Assembly: GCA_963422375.2 (NCBI GenBank)
Contig: OY729428.2
Location: 2,336,001-2,400,000 of the forward strand
DNA: 64,000 nucleotides
From: Bryobacterales bacterium
GTDB taxonomy: Bacteria; Acidobacteriota; Terriglobia; Bryobacterales; UBA6623
Reading direction: 5' to 3'
Position numbers and translations under genes: made by a program
Shown here: positions 1 to 11,317 of the stretch, piece after piece
Numbering within the stretch: position 1 is the first letter of the stretch
Layout: each line of letters starts with the position of its first letter
The notes under the pieces: generated by a model
Databases searched by the model: none
Told to the model about the DNA's origin: nothing
Seen by the model: the letters and a program-made list of their open reading frames with translations, nothing else

Positions 1-2
1 TG

Positions 3-167
3 GAGACCGGGCACCGTACGGCGGTCTTCTGCCACTTGGGCAACATCGCGACCCGTCTGAGGCGGTCCCTGCAGTGGGACCACGCAAGCGAGACCGTGGT
101 CGGGGACGAAGAGGCGAATCGCTGGCTGTCGAAGTCCTACCGCAGCCCGTGGACGCTCGACATCTAG
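3..167 (+). CDS. C-terminal end of Gfo/Idh/MocA-family oxidoreductase (partial, runs in from window edge)
   Basis: Frame 3 reads ETGHRTAVFCHLGNIATRLRRSLQWDHASETVVGDEEANRWLSKSYRSPWTLDI*, the typical CHLGNIA...WD...EAN..L...YR.PW tail of this family. Confidence 0.75.
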   Translation, partial: ETGHRTAVFCHLGNIATRLRRSLQWDHASETVVGDEEANRWLSKSYRSPWTLDI

Positions 168-688
168 GCCGCGATCCCGCCACGCCGTTCCTCCGAGGTT
201 CGCCGGCCGCCCCCCTTCCCTAGGCGATTCCCCTGCCGGTCGGGAGGGCGTGGTGCCCGCATGCCGCAGGAACCGCAGCCAGCGCGCTGCCTGCTCCCTC
301 GAGCCGAACCGTCCTCGCCGGCAGGGCCCGGCAGTGCCGGGAGACCGAGCCAGCCCTGCGTCCCGCCGGTCAGGCGGCCTAGCGGCGCGAGGCGCGCCTC
401 GGACATGGCGAGCGATCTCGCCAAGGGGTCGGCGCCGTGTCACGAGCAGCGACCGGTCGCCGACCTGACGACTTCGACCCGCAGCCGAAGTTTCTCGTCG
501 CCGATGTACACCTCGATACGGGCATCCAGTTCCCTGAGGTGCGCTTGGTTCTTGGCGATTTGCTCGTCATCTCCGGCCTTGAACTCAACCTTTTTGCCAG
601 AGACATCTCGTAGGATTCTGGTGGTCCTACCGCACTCAGGGCGTAGGACAACTGCCCCTATTGCAAGCCTGAGATCCTCATCGGACTT

Positions 689-1730
689 CCTGATTACCAA
701 CGAACGTCAGCCGAGGATATGCTATACTGGAGGAGGTCGGAAACCTCTGACAGGAAAGGGGATAGCTGATGAAACGCAATCGCGTGCAATTCCAGAAGGG
801 ACTCAGCCCGGGCAAGTTCCTGCAGCGCTACGGCAGCGAGGGGCCATGCGAGCAGGCCGTCTTCAAGGCCCGCTGGCCGGACGGCTTCCGCTGCCCGGAG
901 TGCGGCTCCCGGCGGCACTGCCGCATCCGCTCCCGCAAGCTCTGGCAGTGCCATGCCTGCCACCGCCAGACTTCCCTCGTCGCCGGCACGATCTTCGCCG
1001 CCACCAAGCTGCCGCTGACCGTCTGGTTCCTGGCGCTCCACCTGCTGACGCAGGGCAAGCACGGCGTTTCGTCGCTGGAACTGGCGCGGCAGCTGGGGGT
1101 CAGCCAGAACACGGCTTGGAAGATGAAGCACAAGCTCTTGCAAGTGATGAAGGAGCGCGACGAGCGCCTGCCGCTGGCCGGCATCGTGCAGGTGGACGAC
1201 GCCTACTGGGGCGGGGAGCGGAGCGGCGGCCAGCGCGGTCGCGGCGCGGCGGGCAAGACGCCGTTCGTGGCCGCCGTGCAGGTCACCGCCGCCGGCCAGC
1301 CGGCAAGGATGCGCATGATCAGCGTGGCCAGCGTGGCGGGCTTGCGCAAGAAGACGCTGGCAGCGTGGGCCGGGCGGCACTTGCAGCCCGGCACGGAGGT
1401 GCATTCCGACGGCCCGGCCTGCTTGCGGGGCGTGGCCGGCGCCGGCTGCGAGCACGTGCCGACCGTCACCGGAGGCGGGCAGCGGAACTGCGGGGATTCC
1501 CGCTTCGTCCGGGTCAACACCATGCTGGCGAACGTCAAGCGGTCCCTGGCGGGAACCTGCCATGCGCTCGACCGCAAGCACCTGCCGCGGTACCTCGCCG
1601 AGTTCCGCTACCGCTTCAACCGCCGCTACGACCTGGAGGCTCTGGTCCCCCGCCTGCTCCACGCCTCCGTGCGCACCCCGCCCATGCCTTACCGTCTCCT
1701 AACCTTGGCTGAGTCTTGTGGGCAATCAGG
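689..1730 (+). mobile_element. IS1595-family element (CCTGATT-ended group), copy 1
   Basis: Imperfect ~28-bp terminal IRs (CCTGATTACCAACGAACGTCAGCCGAGG ... CCTTGGCTGAGTCTTGTGGGCAATCAGG) and 8-bp TSD TCGGACTT at 681-688 and 1731-1738. Confidence 0.95.
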
Positions 1731-1767
1731 TCGGACTTTGGGTTGGCTCCGTCAATGCGTCCGATGA
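769..1767 (+). CDS. IS1595-family transposase (degenerate; native stop lost, reads through the right IR)
   Basis: N-terminal Zn ribbon CPEC...CHAC, VQVDDAY, VHSDG and RYLAEFRYRFNRRY motifs. The TAA found in the other copies is CAA at 1723-1725. Confidence 0.9.
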   Translation: MKRNRVQFQKGLSPGKFLQRYGSEGPCEQAVFKARWPDGFRCPECGSRRHCRIRSRKLWQCHACHRQTSLVAGTIFAATKLPLTVWFLALHLLTQGKHGVSSLELARQLGVSQNTAWKMKHKLLQVMKERDERLPLAGIVQVDDAYWGGERSGGQRGRGAAGKTPFVAAVQVTAAGQPARMRMISVASVAGLRKKTLAAWAGRHLQPGTEVHSDGPACLRGVAGAGCEHVPTVTGGGQRNCGDSRFVRVNTMLANVKRSLAGTCHALDRKHLPRYLAEFRYRFNRRYDLEALVPRLLHASVRTPPMPYRLLTLAESCGQSGRTLGWLRQCVR

Positions 1768-2034
1768 CGGCAATAGTTAGCACGGAGTATTGCAGGCTGT
1801 CACCGGCATCCAATTCCAAGATCTCGACCCGCTTGCAAAGGTCTTCTTCTGCGGATAAGAATCTCTGATGATAGTGTCTAATCCCTTGATTAGCGCTCTA
1901 TTTGCGTTGACCAATTCGCGGTTCACTCGCTTGACATTGTCGGCACTCGTGGCACGCAATCGTTTCAGATCCCTCAACCCTCTCCTGAATTGGAGGCGGA
2001 AGTTGAGGAACTCTCTCACGTGCCCATTCCTCTT

Positions 2035-3053
2035 CCTGATTACCAACGAACGTCAGCCGAGGATATGCTATACTGAAGGAGGTCGGAAATCTCTGACAGG
2101 AAAGGGGCTAGCAGATGAAACGCAATCGCGTGCAATTCCAGCAGGGACTCAGTCTGGGCAAGTTCCTGCAGCGCTACGGCAGCGAGGGGCCATGCGAGCA
2201 GGCCGTCTTCAAGGCCCGCTGGCCGGACGGCTTCCGCTGCCCGGAGTGCGGCTCCCGCCGGCACTGCCGCATCCGCTCCCGCAAGCTCTGGCAGTGCCAT
2301 GCCTGCCACCGCCAGAGCTCCCTCGTGGCCGGCACGATCTTCGCCGCCACCAAGCTGCCGCTGACCGTCTGGTTCCTGGCGCTCCACCTGCTGACGCAGG
2401 GCAAGCACGGCGTTTCGTCGCTGGAACTGGCGCGGCAGCCGGGCGTCAGCCGGAACACGGCTTGGAAGATGAAGCACAAGCTCTTGCAAGTGATGAAGGA
2501 GCGCGACGAGCGCCTGCCGCTGGGCGGCATCGTGCAGGTGGACGACGCCTACTGGGGCGGGGAGCGGAGCGGCGGCCAGCGCGGGCGCGGCGCCGTTCGT
2601 GGCCGCCGTGCAGGTCACCGCCGCCGGCCAGCCGGCAAGGATGCGCCTGAGCAGCGTGGCGGGCTTCCGCAAGAAGACGCTGGCAGCGTGGGCCGGGCGG
2701 CACTTGCAGCCCGGCACGAAGGTGCATTCCGACGGCCCGGCCTGCTTGCGGGGCGTGGCCGACGCCGGCTGCGAGCACGTGCCGACCGTCACCGGAGGCG
2801 GGAAGCGGAGCTGCGAGGATTCCCGCTTCTTCCGGGTCAACACGATGCTGGCGAACGTCAAGCAGTCCCTGGCGGGAACCTGCCATGCGCTCGACGGCAA
2901 GCACCTGCCGCGGTACCTCGCAGAGTTCCGCTACCGCTTCAACCGCCGCTACGATCTAGAGGCGCTGGTCCCCCGCCTGCTCCACGCCTCCGTGCGCACC
3001 CCGCCCATGCCTTACCGCCTCCTAACCCTGGCTGAGTCTTGTGGGTAATCAGG
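2035..3053 (+). mobile_element. IS1595-family element, copy 2 (transposase 2115-3048 frameshifted)
   Basis: Same IRs, 8-bp TSD TTCCTCTT at 2027-2034 and 3054-3061. A 14-nt deletion near 2592 relative to copy 1 shifts the frame. Confidence 0.95.
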
Positions 3054-3743
3054 TTCCTCTTTGAATTCGGGTCGCCTCCGTCGATCCCTCGCCCTCGCGC
3101 AAAGGTCACCGGGACCTCGTCGCCGTGGCCGTCGTCACGCAGATCTCCCCGCTCGAACTGGGCGAAGAGCTCGACGGTGTCGTCCTCCGCGACGAGCGCG
3201 TGCATCCCAGCCGAGACGAGGCACCGATGGAGGGCGCGCCACTCGCGACCCGAGCACCCCATGACCACCCGCAGCAAGCCCGAGGCGCGCAGCCAGTCGC
3301 CCAGGGCGCGCCGTCCCCGGGCGGGTCCAAGCGGCGCTTGTCAATCCGGATGCCCGCCTACGGAGGGCTGCCTGGCACCCCAGTCAGGGGCAGCCCGCCT
3401 TGCCGATTCGTCATCGCACGGTCATTCCCCGGCACGGCAGCTCCCGGTCTGTCATGGCGCCGGGTGCAAGCACTGAAGCGGCATTCCGGGGTCCCCCGTG
3501 CGCACCTTGCATGGGACCCGAATTCCTGCTGCCAGCTGCGGGGCCCGGGCCTCCCTGCTAGCCACTGCCACCTGCTCGGCAGGGCGCGAGTCATCGGCGC
3601 GGGACGAGCCTACCCTGCGCCGTGTCGAGCACGCGGGCGGACGCAAGCCTCAGGACCGTGCAGCGAAGGCGCGCGCGGTCGCCGACGCGAATCACATCCG
3701 GCTCATCGGAACGCGCGGCCGCCGACCCAGTCCCGCCGACGCG

Positions 3744-6700
3744 TCAGAACGAATACTTCAACGAGAATTGGCCGATCCTCCCCGCTCCGGCCCCGGTGAT
3801 GCGGCCGAGGCGGCGGTCGGTGGCGCTGCCCCGCCGAGGCGTCCCGAAGTTCGGGTGGTTGGGCAGGTTGAAGAAGTCCACGCGGAAGTCTAGGGAATGT
3901 CCTTCCCGGATCGGGATCCGCTTGCGCAGCGAGATGTCGAGATTGATTACACCGGGGCCCTGGAGGTTGTTCCGGCCCGAATTACCGTACGAGCCGACCG
4001 GGGCGAGCGCGAAGGCATCCTTGTTGAACCACTCGAAGATCTTCTCGCCGCGCGACCGGCCGGAAGGCAGCCTCGGGTCGCCCACGATCTGGGCGCGGTC
4101 ATGCCGGACCGCGGTCAGGGAGCGGTCGCGCCCGGCATCGACATGGAACGGACGGCCCTCCTGCAGGGTGATGATCGAGCCCAGCTCCCAGCCGCCGAGC
4201 ACGCTCCGAGCCACGCCGCTCTTGGGTCCCGGAATCTCGAACAGGAACGAGCTGACCATGCGCTGCTGGATGTCGAAGTCGCCCCGGCCGCGCTCGGCGG
4301 CGCGGTTGTTGGGGTCCTGCAGGCCGTTCTGCGTCACAGTCGCGAATGCGGAACTGGTGAGGACCTCGTCGATCGCGCGCCCGTAGGTGTACGCGACCTG
4401 GAAGGTCAGTCCCCGGCTGAAGCGGCGCTGCACCTGGACCTGGAGGCTGTTGTACAACGAGGACGCGCCGCTGTTGAGCTGGCCGATGCTGCCGAAGCCT
4501 TGGTGGATGCGCCGCTGGTCGGTGTTCCCGGCGGTCGACTCGGGGCCGTACACGGCCCGGTTCTGCTCCCGGTTGTAGGTCAAGTTCCGGCCCACGTTCC
4601 CGACGTAGGCGACTTCGACCATGAGGTTGTCCGACACCTGCTGCTGCACGGTCAGGTTGTAGGTCTGCATGTACGGATTGCGCAATCCCGGCGCGAAGCC
4701 CTTGGGAATGGTGATCGGGTAGACGAAATTCGGATCGCTCGGGTCGAACACGAAGGGAAAGGGATTGAGGTGCCCCCTGAACGGGGCCGCGAGCGCGAAG
4801 GGCTGGTTGATGTCTACCGAGGCGCCGAACGGCTGCAGAGCCTGCACGCCGCCGGCCATCTCGGCGGTCAGGGGGTCGTAGGAGACGCCGTAGCTTGTGC
4901 GAATCGAAGTCCGCCCGTCACCAAAGACATCCCACGCGACGCCGAACCGCGGGGCGACGTTGACCAGGCCGTCCCGGTAGGGGAAGCCCGCGTCCGACAG
5001 CCAGAGCAAGCCCGCCGGAGCGTCCGGAATGAACGAGGACTGCGCCCCTGGCACTAAGGCCGTCTGCTGGTTCTGCTGCTCTTCCCAGCGCGGGAAGAAC
5101 TCGTTGCGCACGCCCAGCGTCATCGTGACGTTGCGCCGGATCTTGAAGCTGTCCTGGAAGAACAGTCCTGTCTGGATATAGCGGTGATCGAACTCGATGG
5201 GCGAGGCCTGCCGGATTCGCCGCGCCTTGCCCGTCACGAAGTCGGCCATCGGCAGGCCGGTCCGGTTGCCCGTGAACTGCCACTCGGTCCCGGTGGCGCG
5301 GTTGTCGCGGTAGAGGAACTGGTTGCGCTGCGTGTCCACGCCCCATTTCATGTTGTGGTTGCCCCGCAGCCAGCTCATGTTCCATGACACGGCGTAGTTC
5401 TGTGAGAGGCGCTGGCGGTGCCGCCCCGGTCCCAGTCGGAAGCGGTTCGTGATCTGGACCAAGGGCCGGCTCTTGACCACGCCTCCGGCGTGGTTGAAGT
5501 CGGTCGCGCCGAAATCCGCTAGGTCGTCGTCGAAGGGAATGCTCTCTTGGTAGTTGAAGCGCGTGTAGGTCAGCCGAACGGTGCTGGCCAAGGTGGGGCC
5601 GAACAGGTGCGTGTCCTCGAGCGTGTAGGTCTGCATCCGGTTGAACCGAGGGTTCGGGCCGTAGTTGATGAAGTCCGCGTTGCGCAGCGGGTCGGCGCCT
5701 TGGTTGTGGTCGTAGAAGAGCCGGAAGTTGACCTTGTTGCGGTCGGTCAGGTTGTGATCCATTCGCGCAAGGTACTGGTTGTCGTCGCTCGGCTGGCTGA
5801 CCTGCGTGACGAAGCTCCCGTCCGGCCGGTCGGGCAGAGGCACCCATCCGTCCAGCATGTGCTTCGCGACAGGATCGAGCAGGTTCGCGGGCACCATGTT
5901 GTTAGGGAACGGATCGCCGGTATCCGCATTCTTGATGGCGTCCAAGCCGCCGAAGTCGCCGCCCCGTTCCGCCGTGGTCGCGGGGAAGGCGGTCCGGAGG
6001 CGGTCCTCGCGAATCCGCTGCCCTTGGTAGGTGAACTGGAAGAAGGAGCGGTCCTTGCTGAGCGGACCGCCCACGGTGCCGCCGAACTGGTTGAAGCGCA
6101 GCTTGGGCACCGTGCGGGAAAAGAAGTTGCGGGCGTCAAGTGCGTCGTTGCGCAGGAAGTGCCAGACGCTGCCGTGGAACTCGTTCGTCCCGGACCGCGT
6201 GACGGCGCTGATCACGCTGAACCCGCGCCCGTGCTCGGCGGTGACGCCGGTGGTCGAGACGCGGAACTCCTGGACTGCGTCCGGAGGCGGCAGGATGAGC
6301 CCCTGGCCGCGGTGGAAGTAGCTCATGGATCCGCCGTCGAGCAGGTAGTTCACCGAGAAGTGCCGACCGCCGTTGATGTTCATGTTCTGCTGGCCGAACG
6401 AAGGCCGGATCGTGGTGCTCACGCGCTGGACGCCGGGCACCAGCCGGACCAGGTCCAGCGGATTGCGGCCGTTCAGGGGGAGATACCCGGATGCGACGGT
6501 CGTCGACAGTCATGCCGATCTGCGTCGAGCGCGTGTCCACCTGCGGCGCCTGGCTGGTGATGGTGACTGTTTCCGTCACCTGGCCCAGTTCCAGCACGAA
6601 GTCGACGCGCAAGCTCTGCAGGGCCGAGAGGGCGATTTTCGGACGCTCCGTGGTGCGGAAGCCCTCCGACTGGACCGAGGCCCGGTAACTACCGACCGGG

Positions 6701-6900
6701 AGTTGCGTGGCGAGGTAGTCGCCGACCGCTCCCGACTCCACCGCCTTCACCTCGCCGGTGTTCTCGTTGGTAAAGGTGATCTGCACGCCAGGGACCGCGG
6801 CGCCGGTCGGATCGGTCACGGTCCCAGCGATTTCGCCGGTCGTGGATTGGCTCATCGCCGTCACGGCAGCGAGGAGGAACGCGACAGCAAGTCTTCTCAT
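3744..6900 (-). CDS. TonB-dependent receptor with N-terminal carboxypeptidase-regulatory-like domain (Oar-like); one frameshift near 6485
   Basis: Signal peptide, GEIAGTVTDPTGAAVPG, ELGQVTETVTIT, then LPLNGRNPLDL in a shifted frame, TRSGTNEFHGS, and a C-terminal QFSLKYSF beta-barrel signature. Confidence 0.9.
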
Positions 6901-7008
6901 GGCTGAACTCCCTTGGCGAGAAGATTACCAAACGGCACCAAATCCCACGCCTCCTCGGCACCCGGACTTCCGCGCCCGCCGCCCTCGCGGGCCTGCAGTC
7001 GCGCTCCC

Positions 7009-8484
7009 CTACAGCAGCCGGCCGACCTGCTGGTACAGGGCGATTCCCGAGATGCCCAGAAAGAATACGAAGCAGGCAACCTGGCTCGCCTGCATGATCG
7101 TCGGCGGGCGCAGGGGCTTGGGGAGCAGCCTTCGATTAACGGCGAGCGCATGCAGGGCGGTCGCACTCATCCCGAGATTGCGCAGCGCCCCGGTGACAAC
7201 CGCGAGGAACAGGGGGTCAGGCGTCAGGCGCAACGCAATGAGGCCCCAAGCGAAGTACATGCCCATGATCGTGTAGTAGATGTACTTCACTTGATTGCCC
7301 CGGAGGTGCCGGACGCGCTTGCTGCCCGTCCAGATCAGCTCCGTCCAGCGGCGCACGATGTTGTCGATATCGGAAATCTGGCCGGGCGACAGCACGATGA
7401 ATCCGCACAGCAGGGTCAGGAACCAAAACACGTCCCCGGACCGCTCGGCGATCCCCCGCGCGGTCATCGCTGCCGCCGCATGCCCCTCGACTTCGGCTCC
7501 GGCGATGTACTCCAGCGACAGCATGGACGGAAGCGCCATGCCGATCACGCAGCCGACGGCCCAGATGCAGATTTGATCCCGCAGGAGGTGCCGCATCCAG
7601 CCCTTCCAGCGGGCAAGGGCCTGGGCGCTGAGCGGGAACACCTTGCCGACGTGCGCCAGTTCGACGTTCTTGCCACCCACCATGCTGGGGATCGCGCCGA
7701 CCAGCGGTCCCATGCCCCAGCCCTTGTCGCGGGCGTAGTTCGAGAAGCCCGTGTTCGTGAGGCCGCCCATGCCCGCGATCGCCGCGAACGCCGCGAGCGT
7801 GGCCCAGTCGATTTCCTGGTCGGGGAAGGAGCCGATGCGGAGGAACCCCGTGAACACCGCCGTCCACGTATCCCAGCTCACCATGAACAGGCATACGAAT
7901 CCCAGATAGCCGAGCACGACGATGATCTTGCCGACCATCACCTTCTCGACCATGTTGTAGATCTTGCCGCCGAAGATCAGCGGCAGGAAGGCAGCCGAAA
8001 AGATGCAGTAGGACACGAGGCGCAGCAAGCCTTCGTGCTCGGGTCCCGGCAGGTCTCCCAGAAAGGCCGACACCAGCGGGACCGCTGCGTTGGACGCTAG
8101 GTACGGAAATATCCCGGGCAGATCCAGCAGCAGGTAGAGAGCGACCCAGAACCCCGGCCCGGGCGTCAGTCGGAAGAATCCGACCATGATCGGCTCGCCG
8201 GTGTACAGGGTGTAACGCATCATGCACAGGTTGTGGCTGACCTGCAGCAGGATACTGAGCATGGCGATCCACATGAGCTGACCGCCGTACTGCGCCGTGA
8301 CGATGGGCCCGAACAGCCACTCGCCACCCCCGATCGCGCTGCCCGCGAAGAGCAGGCCGGGCCCGATCAGGATCTTCCACTGGCCCCGAGTGAGCCGCGG
8401 CGCTTCCGGCAGGTCCGCGGTCTGCCACCGCGGGAAGTAACGCGACGCCTTGGCGCGGATCGACTCCGAGTTGTCCGCGGGCAT
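7009..8484 (-). CDS. NRAMP-like (APC superfamily) polytopic membrane transporter
   Basis: GPGLLFAGSAIGGGEW motif, RYTLYTGE, about 11 hydrophobic segments. Confidence 0.75.
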   Translation of the reverse strand: MPADNSESIRAKASRYFPRWQTADLPEAPRLTRGQWKILIGPGLLFAGSAIGGGEWLFGPIVTAQYGGQLMWIAMLSILLQVSHNLCMMRYTLYTGEPIMVGFFRLTPGPGFWVALYLLLDLPGIFPYLASNAAVPLVSAFLGDLPGPEHEGLLRLVSYCIFSAAFLPLIFGGKIYNMVEKVMVGKIIVVLGYLGFVCLFMVSWDTWTAVFTGFLRIGSFPDQEIDWATLAAFAAIAGMGGLTNTGFSNYARDKGWGMGPLVGAIPSMVGGKNVELAHVGKVFPLSAQALARWKGWMRHLLRDQICIWAVGCVIGMALPSMLSLEYIAGAEVEGHAAAAMTARGIAERSGDVFWFLTLLCGFIVLSPGQISDIDNIVRRWTELIWTGSKRVRHLRGNQVKYIYYTIMGMYFAWGLIALRLTPDPLFLAVVTGALRNLGMSATALHALAVNRRLLPKPLRPPTIMQASQVACFVFFLGISGIALYQQVGRLL

Positions 8485-8509
8485 TCCGAAGATAATACCC
8501 GAACGACTT

Positions 8510-9877
8510 TCACTGGACCCGGGAGGATCCTCCGCTCGGGGGGCAATGCCCGACCGTGCGGGAGCCCGCGACGCGGTCGATCGTCACGTCAACCAATGCT
8601 CCGGGCCGGGCCGGGCAGCCGGGTACGTCGATTTCGACGAAGTTGTCGCTCAGCGCGCGCGCTCCCCCGCCGGCCGATGCCAAGGCGACAGACGAGACAC
8701 TGGTGCCGACCAAGCTGCGCCGGAAGGCGGCGTTCTTGCGGTCCGCGAGGTCCCGGAGAAGACGGCTGCGCTCGCGCTTGACGGCCTTCGGCACCTGCCC
8801 TCCGAGTCCGGCCGCTTCCGTGCCTTCCCGAGACGAATACGCGAACACGTGCAAGTAGGTGAAGGGCATCCTCTCGACGAACGCCGCGGTCTCTTGGAAG
8901 TCGGCCCTCCCCTCGCCCGGGAATCCGACCATCACGTCGGCTCCGATTGCCGCCGCGGGCATGGCCGCCCTAGCTGCCAGCAAGCGGCTCTCGTAGTGAC
9001 GGACCCGGTAGCGACGGCGCATGCGGCGCAGGATCGCGTCGCACCCCGACTGCAGAGGCATGTGGACGTGCCGGGCGATGCGGGGCGACGAGGCCATCAG
9101 CTGGATCAGGCGGTCGCTCCAGTCCATGGGTTCCACCGAGCTGAGCCGGACCCGGCGCACCGAGGTCTCCGCGAGAAGGGTCTCGAGCAGGTCCGCCAGG
9201 CGCGGGCGGCCGTCAAGATCCCGGCCCCAGCGCCCGAGGTTGATGCCCGTCAGCACGACTTCGGAGTAGTCGCCCTGCAATCGCCTCACCTCCCGGATCA
9301 CGGCGTCCGCCTCGGCACTGCGGCCCCTGCCGCGGACTGACGGAATGACGCAGAACGAGCACCGGTTGTCGCAGCCGTCCTGGACCTTCACGTTCGGGCG
9401 GCTGCGTCCGTATGCCACGCCAGCAGGCACGGCCGCCACGCCGGCGCGGCGGCCGATCTCGCCTACGAGGGTGCCGCCCGACTCGATCCCGCCGTGATAC
9501 GAGAGCGACGCCGTGCCGGCGCCGCCGATGTTCACCAGGGGCGGGGCGACGACCTCCCCGATCTCGTGCTTGTGGGAGTTCCCGACGACCCACTTCACGC
9601 CATCCAGCGCCGCCAGATCGGCGGGTTTCCGCTGGGCGTAGCACCCGGTGACGAGAATGTCCGCTGCGGGATTCTCGCGTCGAGCGCGGCGAATCGCCTG
9701 GCGCGCGTCCCGGTCGGCCTCGTTCGTAACCGTGCAGGCGTTGATGACGACGAGGTCGGCGGTGCCCTGTTCCGAGGCCGGCAGGAGCCCTCGCACCGCC
9801 AAGTCCGCGGCGATGCCCGCTCCGTCGGCCTGGGCCGCGCGGCAGCCGAAGTTCTTCATGGCGAATGAGCGCGGCAC
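8510..9877 (-). CDS. mtaB: tRNA methylthiotransferase, MtaB-type (radical SAM)
   Basis: NFGC, INACTVT...AD, VTGCYAQ, KVQDGCDNRCSFCVIP, YLHVFAYS. GGAGG SD upstream of GTG at 9877. Confidence 0.85.
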   Translation of the reverse strand: MPRSFAMKNFGCRAAQADGAGIAADLAVRGLLPASEQGTADLVVINACTVTNEADRDARQAIRRARRENPAADILVTGCYAQRKPADLAALDGVKWVVGNSHKHEIGEVVAPPLVNIGGAGTASLSYHGGIESGGTLVGEIGRRAGVAAVPAGVAYGRSRPNVKVQDGCDNRCSFCVIPSVRGRGRSAEADAVIREVRRLQGDYSEVVLTGINLGRWGRDLDGRPRLADLLETLLAETSVRRVRLSSVEPMDWSDRLIQLMASSPRIARHVHMPLQSGCDAILRRMRRRYRVRHYESRLLAARAAMPAAAIGADVMVGFPGEGRADFQETAAFVERMPFTYLHVFAYSSREGTEAAGLGGQVPKAVKRERSRLLRDLADRKNAAFRRSLVGTSVSSVALASAGGGARALSDNFVEIDVPGCPARPGALVDVTIDRVAGSRTVGHCPPSGGSSRVQ

Positions 9878-10191
9878 GGCTACCTCCATTGAAGCAGGAA
9901 CGAAGGCCTGGACCGGGACGGTGGGGGGACGCCAGCGTGTCCGCTGCCATAATGGGCTGGCAAGGCGCTGCACCCGACTCGGCGCTGGTGCCCGAGTCGA
10001 TCGCGTCCGTGCATCCGCTGAAGGGACGTCGACCAAGGCAGCGGCAGCTCCGCTCCGCGAGGCATCATGCGGGGCTGAGCGCCCAGCGATCACCGGATTC
10101 AGGCCGGGGGCGAGGCATTCGGGACCGCGGCGATCAAGCCGTCGGATATCGCTGCAAGGCGTTCGGGGCGGCCGGTCCCGAGGAGGGTTTT

Positions 10192-11205
10192 CTGAAAGTA
10201 CTAGTAACGGGAGTGGCTGGATTCATCGGCTTTCACACAGCGGCCGCATTGCTGGAACGAGGCGACGAAGTCGTCGGTATCGACAACCTTAACGACTATT
10301 ACGACGTTTCGCTTAAGGTCGACCGCCTCAACCTATTGCATTCAAACGATCGGTTTGCCTTCCTGAGGCTGGATCTATGCGACTCCGACGGAATGACTGC
10401 GCTCTTCTCCAAGGAATCCTTCCAGAGAGTGGTGCATCTAGCGGCGCAGGCAGGAGTTCGATACAGCATCGACCGGCCGCAAACCTATATCGACAGCAAT
10501 GTCGTCGGAATGCTAGCCGTTCTCGAGGGATGCCGGCACCACGGCACGGAGCATTTGGTGTTCGCCTCCAGCAGTTCGGTCTACGGCTCGAACGCCACTC
10601 TTCCCTTCTCCGCCCGTCACGGTGCCGACCATCCGCTGTCCCTGTACGCGGCAACCAAGAGATCCGGCGAACTGCTGGCGCATTCGTACGCGAGCATGCA
10701 CTCCCTGCCCGTGACGGGACTGCGCTTCTTTTCAGTCTACGGGCCGTTCGGCCGTCCAGACTCGGTATTCTTCAAGTTCACGAAGCGGATTCTGGCCGGC
10801 GAGACGGTCGACCTTTATCACTTCGGCCGTCACCGACGCGACTTCACCTACATCGACGACGTGGTGCAGGGGGTTCTCGGGGTCCTAGACCAAGCGCCGA
10901 GGCCTGATCCCGGCTGGAGCGCCAGCACCCCCGATCCTGCCGCGAGCCACGCCCCGTTCAAGATCTACAACGTCGGCAACCAGGAACCCGTCGAGGTGCT
11001 GCGACTGGTCGAAATCATCGAGGGACTGTTGGGAAGGAAGGCCATGCGGAACCTGGTGCCGATAATGATTGGGGATGTCGCGGACTCCTGGTCGGACACG
11101 CGGGACCTGACAACCGCTCTCGGCGGGATCGCAAGCACGTCCATCGAGGACGGCACGCGGATGTTCCTAGAGTGGTACTTGGACTACTACAAGATCACGC
11201 CGTGA
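10192..11205 (+). CDS. NAD-dependent epimerase (UDP-glucuronate 4-epimerase-like)
   Basis: KVLVTGVAGFIGFH, HLAAQAGVRYS, ASSSSVYG, YAATK, RDFTYIDD. Apparent start is CTG after a GAGGAGG SD. Confidence 0.9.
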   Translation: MKVLVTGVAGFIGFHTAAALLERGDEVVGIDNLNDYYDVSLKVDRLNLLHSNDRFAFLRLDLCDSDGMTALFSKESFQRVVHLAAQAGVRYSIDRPQTYIDSNVVGMLAVLEGCRHHGTEHLVFASSSSVYGSNATLPFSARHGADHPLSLYAATKRSGELLAHSYASMHSLPVTGLRFFSVYGPFGRPDSVFFKFTKRILAGETVDLYHFGRHRRDFTYIDDVVQGVLGVLDQAPRPDPGWSASTPDPAASHAPFKIYNVGNQEPVEVLRLVEIIEGLLGRKAMRNLVPIMIGDVADSWSDTRDLTTALGGIASTSIEDGTRMFLEWYLDYYKITP

Positions 11206-11317
11206 GCCGAAGCCCCGCCCAGGCGGAAGCCGGCGCATCCCTGCCCCAGGCAGCCGGCTCGGCATGCGAGCGCCTAGCCCGGCGCCAAGGTCGGGACGGG
11301 TCGCGGCCCCGGCGGCG

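Larger units (their letters stand above)
440..3277 (-). pseudogene. Hypothetical protein gene interrupted by two IS1595 copies, plus one frameshift
   Basis: Removing both ISs and one TSD copy each joins ...GGDPNSK|RNGHVREFL... and ...GANPKSD|EDLRLAIG... in frame. One extra frameshift lies around 1830-1900. Start uncertain. Confidence 0.55.

Noticed and set aside
261..1712. Long alternative-frame and antisense ORFs (e.g. 261-1712, 694-1662, 3897-5057, 6913-8100, 52312-53382, 61566-63059)
   Set aside because: Shadow ORFs of real genes in high-GC DNA; Arg/Pro/Ala-rich with no motifs
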